Below are positions 1 to 5,686 of a stretch of DNA of 6,321 nucleotides, one piece after another. Numbering within the stretch: position 1 is the first letter of the stretch; every line of letters starts with the position of its first letter. Below the pieces are notes generated by a model that saw nothing but the letters and a program-made list of their open reading frames with translations, had not been told where the DNA came from and searched no databases. The DNA is from Candidatus Odinarchaeia archaeon (lineage in GTDB: Archaea; Asgardarchaeota; Odinarchaeia; Odinarchaeales; Odinarchaeaceae): assembly GCA_029856525.1 (NCBI GenBank), contig JAHQXC010000072.1:1-6321 (forward strand), in the 5' to 3' direction. The position numbers and the translations under genes were made by a program.

Positions 1-890
1 TAACACAGGTAAAGTTTTATACCCGACTCTGTGGTTGAATAAGATGCTGTCACATTTAAAGAACCGGAGTCGTCTTGAGCGGTGTCAACGAATTTGAAGT
101 ATGCTAGAGTCGAGCTGTCAGCTCCTGTGAAGTTTAACTGCTCTTGGACTTCAGCGGTGTTAAATATTTTTCTCTCTTCTCCCTGGTTTATTACTGTTCC
201 GGCGTCTACGCTGTGACCTCCCGGTAAGCCTATTCTGAGCCGAGCTTCACTTGTTGCCTGCCATGTTAGATCAAGTCTTAGAGCTAGCATAGTGGCTGGG
301 TCGCTGGTCTGCCAGTCCCATCCGCTCATTACTATATCTACTTTTACTTCATATAACCCGCGTATAGTTGTATTCTCACCGTTAACGGTGATCTGATGGT
401 CTACACTGTATATGTGAACTGCTAGAGTCATCTTAAAACCTGATAGGTTTAATCCTCCTGCATGTATTTTACTCGAGTCTAATGTGAAATTGCAGCTTAC
501 ACCGTTCTCTTCTTCAACGAATCCGCTGAAATTCCATTGAGAGGCTGCGAGTGAGAACACAGGGTTACCTGCGACGGTTTCATTGTACTGGAAGGCTTGA
601 TCGCCGTCTCTGTCTATGAATTCTATTAACTGGATGAATTTCAGATGATATATAGTGTTGTTGTCGTTCGGGTTCCAGAAGATGATATGCGGCATGTTAT
701 CTGAGCCTGAGCCGGATAGACCTGTTACCTTGACATTTATTTTATCGGTTTGAAGCGTTAGCTGACCGTTCTGATAGCTATATGATATTGAAGCGGGTTG
801 CGCTAATGTGCTAGTTATAATAGGGGAGACCGCTAATAACGCTAGTGTAAGAAGACTTAAAATTGTAATATTTTTGGTTGACGCTTTCAT
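1..890 (-). CDS. Secreted/cell-surface beta-rich protein, Sec signal peptide; 3' end runs off the window (partial, 296 codons seen)
   Basis: Manual translation from ATG at 890 is stop-free to base 1: MKASTKNITILSLLTLALLAVSPIITSTLA|QPASISYSYQNGQLTLQTDKINVKVTG...KFIQLIEFIDRDGDQAFQY...EVKVDIVMSGWDWQTSDPATMLALRLDL...GIKLYLC. Basic n-region, hydrophobic h-region and TLA|Q cleavage site; SD AGGTGGT 3 nt upstream; 8 N-x-S/T sequons in the mature part. Absent from the ORF track because it is edge-truncated. Confidence 0.88.
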   Translation of the reverse strand, partial: MKASTKNITILSLLTLALLAVSPIITSTLAQPASISYSYQNGQLTLQTDKINVKVTGLSGSGSDNMPHIIFWNPNDNNTIYHLKFIQLIEFIDRDGDQAFQYNETVAGNPVFSLAASQWNFSGFVEEENGVSCNFTLDSSKIHAGGLNLSGFKMTLAVHIYSVDHQITVNGENTTIRGLYEVKVDIVMSGWDWQTSDPATMLALRLDLTWQATSEARLRIGLPGGHSVDAGTVINQGEERKIFNTAEVQEQLNFTGADSSTLAYFKFVDTAQDDSGSLNVTASYSTTESGIKLYLC

Positions 891-893
891 TTT

Positions 894-900
894 ACCACCT
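894..900 (-). promoter_or_regulatory. Shine-Dalgarno site (AGGTGGT) of the secreted protein gene
   Basis: Minus strand reads AGGTGGT-AAA-ATG, matching the archaeal GGAGGTGA-type SD. Confidence 0.75.
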
Positions 901-934
901 TTAAGTTTTATATTTATTTTAATAATTAAGACTG

Positions 935-942
935 TTTATAAA
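935..942 (-). promoter_or_regulatory. Putative TATA box (TTTATAAA) for the 890..<1 gene
   Basis: Matches archaeal TTTAWAWA, 44 nt upstream of the ATG, implying a ~20-nt leader containing the SD. The AT-rich context lowers specificity. Confidence 0.4.
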
Positions 943-1124
943 TGTTCAGTTCTATATTTATAGAAATGCTTCTTCGAGAAAAATCGAATAAAAACAAGAT
1001 TAACATTTTAAGCGGCAAGCATAGATTCTAATTAAACAGTCTATAAAGTATCACTGGAACGTTTACCGATTCGAAGATTTATAGAGTAGAGTCTATCTGA
1101 TAATAAAGCTATTAATATTATTAA

Positions 1125-1301
1125 AACGATATTACGTTTATATTTCGCGTTAATAGCGGCTTTAACATAAGTGAGGTAAAAATTAGAATACTCGTATCCG
1201 CTGAAACTGTGAATTTACTTGCGGAAAATGCAGGCATCAAGATTATCCGGTCTGGTGAATTTAGCGAATTTAACGGTTATTGTGAAAATCAGATTTTATA
1301 A
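1125..1301 (+). pseudogene. Possible gene remnant (58-codon open stretch with no convincing start)
   Basis: Reads NDITFIFRVNSGFNISEVKIRILVSAETVNLLAENAGIKIIRSGEFSEFNGYCENQIL*. Protein-like and followed by a T6 tract (1304-1309); upstream frames have stops. Loosely recalls the C-terminal 'LL..AG' segment of class I methyltransferases; unverified. Confidence 0.2.
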
Positions 1302-1309
1302 AATTTTTT

Positions 1310-1325
1310 AAATAAAAAAATAAAA
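1310..1325 (-). terminator. Oligo-U intrinsic terminator candidate for the large surface protein gene
   Basis: Minus strand reads TTTTATTTTTTTATTT starting 12 nt after the TAA stop at 1338-1340. Confidence 0.55.
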
Positions 1326-1337
1326 GGAGTATTAATT

Positions 1338-4300
1338 TTACGGTAGGCTGCGTCTTCTCTTCAGCAGGAAGAGCGCTGCAGATATTAACGCGATCACAGC
1401 CACTGAGACTATTATCATAGTCCACTGGAATAAAACGGCTTCACCGCCTTCTCCACCTTCTAGAACAGGGAATATTGAGAACACAGGGTCGTTGTTAATG
1501 CTGTAGCCGTCCCAGTGTTTGAACCCTGTTGTCAAGAAGAACATTGACTGTTGAATTGTAAATGAGGTTAAACTATCTTCAGCCGGCGTAGTGTACATTA
1601 ACTGGAAGGTGTAAAGCGGGGTTGTTGAAGCTGGAGCATTGTAAACCTGATTATCCTTCCCCCAGGTATAGTTTAAGCCACCCATTCTTATCTCAGCTAG
1701 CTTAATATCAGATGTCCCAAAGTAGTAGGTATCGCTAGCTGTGGAATTAGTGTTAGGGTCGGGTACAGTTCCATTCTCAGCGTTAAACCTAGATTCAATG
1801 GTGGTTGTGGTTAGAAGCGTGTTATATGAGATGGCTAGCGAGCGGTTTGTTAACACGCTGTTATCGAAGTGTGTTAGATTCCAGTTACCTATATATTGAT
1901 CTATTTTTAGAGTTGCAGATGACTCTATGTTTTCACCTGTTGATACTCGGAAGTGGCCTGCGAAGCTTAACTGATCGATGGAGGCTGATTCAACTGTTTT
2001 ATCAAAGTCTGTTAAAGTTACGTTAACATCAGGTAAATGATAGAACATGTAGGGGCTGTAGATATATTTGTCTGCTATTTTAACAGGGTAAAGTTTACCG
2101 GTTACATTATTTAAAAACACTTCGAAGTCTATCGGCGTACTAATAGAAACGTTCATTGAACCTGAAGGCTCACTTGAATTAAACGGTCTTTGGAATACTA
2201 TTTCGCTAACATCATCGATTAAGAAGTAGTGAGTAATCTCACCTGGATCGATTCTGTTTGCACTGTAGCCTATTCTAGGTATGCCGTCGCCGTCTGTGTC
2301 GTTGAATAATAGGAGCGCTGAGTAATCAGCTTTAAACTGAGCGGTTTCTGTTATCGAGGGTGTTTGATAAAGATAGCTTTCATCAACTGTGAAGAAGAAC
2401 CAAGAATACTGCCATGTGTTACCGCTAATCCACCACCATCCTTTAGCTATAAGATCGTCTAATGTCATATTTCTAACAGCGAATTTTAGAAGCTCATAGC
2501 CGAATAAATTGTTTATCGTATTGTTTATATAGTTTAACTCCCATGAGTCGACAGGCGTCCAATCTGTATGATACCAGTAGTAATTATTCGCCCAGTCATA
2601 TGTGTTATTGAATTTCAATAAACCGACTTTAAATAGTATATTGCTTAGACTCACGTTTCCTCTAAACCAGTTGATGAGCACGCTTATACCTTCACCGTTA
2701 TAAGTCCAGTTGTCAAGGGAGTAATAGTTTCCAAGCACATAGTAGCGATCATCCTGTGTGTTGAGATCGCCGTCAAGGTCTAATGCGCCTTGAGAGTCAA
2801 ATTTGAAAGGATACAGTGACTCACCCGGATTGGAATAAAGCGTGGCGCCGATGATGAAACTAGCTGACGGCTTGTAGTCGACGCCTACACCCCAAAAACT
2901 GAGAACATTTAAACTAGAGTACTCAGGGTTTGACTCATTATAAACGCTTAGTTCAAAATAGTATTTCGCGCTAAGTGTGTCTTGTGAAAAAATCATGTAG
3001 AAACCGGTGTAAGCGAAGCTGACATTGCCCATAGTGTTATAATAATCGTAGTCAAGCTCAACGTCTTCGAATGGATCATAATAACGCTGCTCTATTAGAT
3101 TCCAATCGTAATCGTAGACTTTATACACTCCCAGCCAGTCACATGAACCGTTCTCCCAGGAATATGTGAAGTATATAGTCGATGTGTTTAAGGTTTCATG
3201 AATCTTATCTTTTACAGCGTAACTGTGGAATGTGAGTGAAAAAGCTGTGATATTGTTAATATAATCTGTTGGACCTGAGAAACTGAATAATAAATATAAC
3301 TCTTCACCTTGGCGGATACCCCAAAGCGGGCGGTCATCCCAATAATATGTAAACGACACCGTGGATTTTATACCCCCGATGTAAATGTGGCTGTCTAAAT
3401 CTGGTGAAAGTAACACTGCAACATTCCCTACAGGTTTAATTTTTAATAGCACGTCATATTTGCCTGCGGTTAAATTCTCTGTGAACACGCCTTTAAATAT
3501 GATATGCTGTAAATCGCTTGTATCATTCCCTAATGGAGTAAAGTAACTATTGTTATCGAAGAATACTCTGTTCAGATAACTGTGATTAGGCTCGTTAACC
3601 CAGTACTCGTAGCCCTCCTTAAAATACACTCCTGAACTATTATAGATCATATAGATGTAAATAGGATACAGCTCCCAGTGACCGTTAACTGTGACGTTCA
3701 CTGAGCGCCCGACCGGTATTCTCAACTCAACTAATTCGAGATCCGCTTGATCGGAGTATACGTGCAGCCAAACCTCATCGTTAAAGCAGATCACATTCTC
3801 GTCTAGTAGACTGCCATCAGGTAATCCCACTCTGAAGTGAATTTCAGTGGAGTCGCCGATATAATAGTATATTTCATCACTAGACCAGAGGCCGGTGTTG
3901 TAGCTGATATTATTAGAATCGTAAACCTGCCAGCTGACTCTGTATTTACCGGCTGTCGTCGAAGAATTGAATAATCCTATGAAGCTTATAAGATAGCTAT
4001 CATCTGTAGCAGATATCGTGGAGGCGGTTGCGTTTAATTCGAAGAAGGGTGAAAGCTCTTCATAACCCCCTCCGGGAGGATGGCGATAAGCATAACTGGA
4101 AGCGCTAAACCCTTCACCTGCAGCGTCATAAGATACGGTAACCATAGAGGTGATGCTTTCGAATTCATTCCAGCTCTCTAACCGGATTGAAGCGTAGCCG
4201 ATTCCAGCTGCGCCTAAACCGAGTTTAGGAATTACTAAAGTTATATTCACTGGTTCATTAAGCGGGATAACACCTGCGTTTCTTTCGATTTCAACACCGT

Positions 4301-4505
4301 CTAAGGAGTAGACTTCAACCCATGGCACCGGTCCGAAAACTATCTCAGTCCTGTTCCAACCGCTTGTCCAAGACAGGTTTTCATGTATCGTATTCCAGTT
4401 TACTTGGAGGTAATCAGCGTTCTCCTGAGATTTTACAGCTGAGATTGAAACGAATGAAAAACATGTTAAAACTAGTATAATAAATAATCCGATAGATTTC
4501 CTGAT
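1338..4505 (-). CDS. Large type I membrane-anchored cell-surface glycoprotein (~1055 aa; S-layer/adhesin-like), probable non-canonical ATC start
   Basis: The ORF-track frame stays open upstream of the GTG at 4328 to a TAA at 4524-4526, adding (I)RKSIGLFIILVLTCFSFVSISAVKS|QENADYLQVNWNTIHENLSWTSGWNRTEIVFGP, a typical Sec signal peptide plus mature sequence. C-terminus: EGGEGGE linker, TM helix (VLFQWTMIIVSVAVIALISAALFLL), KRRR stop-transfer. About 30 N-x-S/T sequons, rich in Y/W/F/S/T/N, two DxDGD motifs. Gene is certain; exact start is inferred. Confidence 0.88.
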   Translation of the reverse strand: MRKSIGLFIILVLTCFSFVSISAVKSQENADYLQVNWNTIHENLSWTSGWNRTEIVFGPVPWVEVYSLDGVEIERNAGVIPLNEPVNITLVIPKLGLGAAGIGYASIRLESWNEFESITSMVTVSYDAAGEGFSASSYAYRHPPGGGYEELSPFFELNATASTISATDDSYLISFIGLFNSSTTAGKYRVSWQVYDSNNISYNTGLWSSDEIYYYIGDSTEIHFRVGLPDGSLLDENVICFNDEVWLHVYSDQADLELVELRIPVGRSVNVTVNGHWELYPIYIYMIYNSSGVYFKEGYEYWVNEPNHSYLNRVFFDNNSYFTPLGNDTSDLQHIIFKGVFTENLTAGKYDVLLKIKPVGNVAVLLSPDLDSHIYIGGIKSTVSFTYYWDDRPLWGIRQGEELYLLFSFSGPTDYINNITAFSLTFHSYAVKDKIHETLNTSTIYFTYSWENGSCDWLGVYKVYDYDWNLIEQRYYDPFEDVELDYDYYNTMGNVSFAYTGFYMIFSQDTLSAKYYFELSVYNESNPEYSSLNVLSFWGVGVDYKPSASFIIGATLYSNPGESLYPFKFDSQGALDLDGDLNTQDDRYYVLGNYYSLDNWTYNGEGISVLINWFRGNVSLSNILFKVGLLKFNNTYDWANNYYWYHTDWTPVDSWELNYINNTINNLFGYELLKFAVRNMTLDDLIAKGWWWISGNTWQYSWFFFTVDESYLYQTPSITETAQFKADYSALLLFNDTDGDGIPRIGYSANRIDPGEITHYFLIDDVSEIVFQRPFNSSEPSGSMNVSISTPIDFEVFLNNVTGKLYPVKIADKYIYSPYMFYHLPDVNVTLTDFDKTVESASIDQLSFAGHFRVSTGENIESSATLKIDQYIGNWNLTHFDNSVLTNRSLAISYNTLLTTTTIESRFNAENGTVPDPNTNSTASDTYYFGTSDIKLAEIRMGGLNYTWGKDNQVYNAPASTTPLYTFQLMYTTPAEDSLTSFTIQQSMFFLTTGFKHWDGYSINNDPVFSIFPVLEGGEGGEAVLFQWTMIIVSVAVIALISAALFLLKRRRSLP

Positions 4506-4510
4506 AGTGA

Positions 4511-4518
4511 CTCCCCCT
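4511..4518 (-). promoter_or_regulatory. Shine-Dalgarno-like site (AGGGGGAG) 5 nt upstream of ATC 4505
   Basis: Minus strand reads AGGGGGAG-TCACT-ATC-AGG-AAA; the 5-nt spacing equals that of the actin gene. Confidence 0.6.
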
Positions 4519-4599
4519 AATCTTTATAAAATCGGTTTATAATGTAATAAAACTACATAAATATAAAAAAGTATTGATAAATAAGCGGTTCATGAAAGT

Positions 4600-4616
4600 G
4601 TATTCACTATGAATAC
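4600..4616. promoter_or_regulatory. Perfect 7-3-7 palindrome GTATTCA-CTA-TGAATAC (candidate operator)
   Basis: Read directly from the sequence; TTCATGAA palindrome adjacent at 4589-4596. Function is inferred. Confidence 0.4.
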
Positions 4617-4835
4617 GTTTAACTTTATCGGCGGGAAGCCCTGTGAAAGCCGGGGAAGGTAACTTAACTCCTCTCTCAATCTATGCTGATACCGGTTTCA
4701 CAGAGATGCGGATTAGTAGTTCTACTATTTATAGGTGTTTTAGGGCGTCCAAGCTGAGTGGCCTATATAAGAGTTGACGCACTCTTCTCTCTATTGAAGA
4801 GGACGCCCGCCTGTGAAGTTAAAACTAGTATTCAT
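4609..4835. repeat. 227-bp element bounded by imperfect 27/30-bp inverted repeats with multiple internal stems (candidate structured ncRNA/UTR or MITE)
   Basis: Left arm 4609-4635 ATGAATACGTTTAACTTTATCGGCGGG aligns with the reverse complement of right arm 4806-4835 (ATGAATACTAGTTTTAACTTCACAGGCGGG) at 24 of 30 columns. Internal stems: 4641-4653/4692-4703, 4714-4719/4722-4727, 4730-4735/4762-4767, 4743-4750/4801-4808, 4769-4774/4781-4786. Confidence 0.6.
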
Positions 4836-4838
4836 CTC

Positions 4839-5504
4839 TCATTTAATCCAGATTAAACGGTTGTCATCCATTATATAAAAGCACTTGCAACCGTATTCAT
4901 ACGCTAACGCGTAGAAGGCGATTGCTGTAAACCGGCTGCCGGATGTCACATCGAATACTATCGCATTTCTACGTATATGTTTCTCTACTTCAACTCTAAC
5001 CGCTTCATAAACTCCGTCGAAACTATAATTGATGATGCGATCCGGTAAAACAAGTATTTGAACGTCGTCTGTTAAACCTGAAACCTTTCCTTTAATAGAC
5101 TCGGAGCCTAGAAAAAGATAGCTTACCGGTTTAACTCTACTATTATCTAAAAGAACCTGTCTAACGCGGCGTATAATGTAAGGATCATCTTCTAAGGCTC
5201 CTATGTACATGACGGGCGCGTTAACTCCTAAATAGTCTCTAACTGGTTGAATCATCTGAGGGATTATCTCCGCTAGTTTATCTTTCCATTCTCTTCTACA
5301 CCGGATAAGCCCGGCCTCTTCAAGCTGGCTGATGTTATGGTAAAGCCGCGCGTCGCTGACCTCGTCTAATCCAACACCGAAACTTTTAGCAAGCGCGTAT
5401 CTTAACTGTAAACCAGTCTTCTCCCCTTCTAAAAGCTCTTCTAAAATAATTCTCCTGCTCTCAACACCTCCGATAGCCCTCTCCACTGTTTCAACTGAAC
5501 TCAA
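4839..5504 (-). CDS. Winged-HTH (ArsR/PadR-like) + CARF-domain putative transcriptional regulator (Csa3-like domains in reversed order), 221 aa
   Basis: The N-terminal ~85 aa (RRIILEELLEGEKTGLQLRYAL...SDARLYHNISQLEEAGLIR) fit a wHTH. The C-terminal ~130 aa show a CARF Rossmann pattern: first strand/helix MYIGALEDDPYIIRRV, YLFLGSES, and DVTSGSR (4932-4952), matching the CARF signature [DN]x[ST]xxx[RK], then FTAIAFYALA..GCKCFYI. TTG start with SD AGGTG. Confidence 0.8.
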   Translation of the reverse strand: MSSVETVERAIGGVESRRIILEELLEGEKTGLQLRYALAKSFGVGLDEVSDARLYHNISQLEEAGLIRCRREWKDKLAEIIPQMIQPVRDYLGVNAPVMYIGALEDDPYIIRRVRQVLLDNSRVKPVSYLFLGSESIKGKVSGLTDDVQILVLPDRIINYSFDGVYEAVRVEVEKHIRRNAIVFDVTSGSRFTAIAFYALAYEYGCKCFYIMDDNRLIWIK

Positions 5505-5511
5505 TGTAAAA

Positions 5512-5516
5512 CACCT
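5512..5516 (-). promoter_or_regulatory. Shine-Dalgarno site (AGGTG) of the HTH-CARF gene
   Basis: Minus strand reads AGGTG-TTTTACA-TTG. Confidence 0.65.
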
Positions 5517-5571
5517 GAAATTAGATCAGCTATATATAAAATATAGACGATATCGCTTATAATATTTATCC

Positions 5572-5588
5572 AAAAAAATCCTTAAATA
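5572..5588 (+). promoter_or_regulatory. Putative BRE + TATA (AAAAAAATC-CTTAAATA) for the actin gene
   Basis: A-rich BRE-like run followed by a YTTAWATA match; predicts a TSS near 5610 and a ~75-nt leader. Other AT-rich candidates exist. Confidence 0.45.
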
Positions 5589-5675
5589 ATAATTTTCGCA
5601 AAATATTATGTAGCTAAATTACGAAAAATTGAATTAAATCCGCGGGGATTAAAAACCCGTGGAAAAATAAATAAA

Positions 5676-5681
5676 AGGTGA
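5676..5681 (+). promoter_or_regulatory. Shine-Dalgarno site (AGGTGA) of the actin gene
   Basis: AGGTGA-AAAAA-ATG at 5687. Confidence 0.8.
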
Positions 5682-5686
5682 AAAAA

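Noticed and set aside
929-1042. 9-bp inverted repeat AGACTGTTT / AAACAGTCT
   Set aside because: Short, about 96 nt apart, in very AT-rich DNA, with no target duplication or internal structure; plausibly chance.
1805-2026. 73-aa + strand ORF from the ORF track
   Set aside because: Lies entirely antisense within the large surface protein CDS, has no SD and no recognisable motif; shadow ORF.
4326-4328. GTG at 4328 as the start of the large protein
   Set aside because: No SD upstream, and it would omit an obvious in-frame signal peptide while keeping a C-terminal anchor.
4633-4655. Cobalamin riboswitch (GGGAA followed by a hairpin with UGAAAG T-loop-like sequence)
   Set aside because: The downstream P5/P6 and B12-box motifs are absent and neighbouring genes are unrelated to B12.
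4683-4757. C/D box sRNA (ATGCTGA...CAGA-G-ATGCGGA)
   Set aside because: C and C' boxes are degenerate and the nearest CTGA D box (4754-4757) is ~41 nt after C', far beyond the usual 10-12-nt guide.
4600-4835. CRISPR array, tRNA, RNase P, SRP or hammerhead RNA next to the CARF gene
   Set aside because: No regularly spaced direct repeats, no cloverleaf, no GAGGAAAGUCC or SRP helix-8 motif, and no CUGANGA/GAAA core.
4609-4841. SECIS element recoding the CARF gene's TGA stop
   Set aside because: The ATGA...AA...GA pattern on the minus strand has no supporting helix, and readthrough would add only a short featureless tail; TGA is best read as a normal stop.
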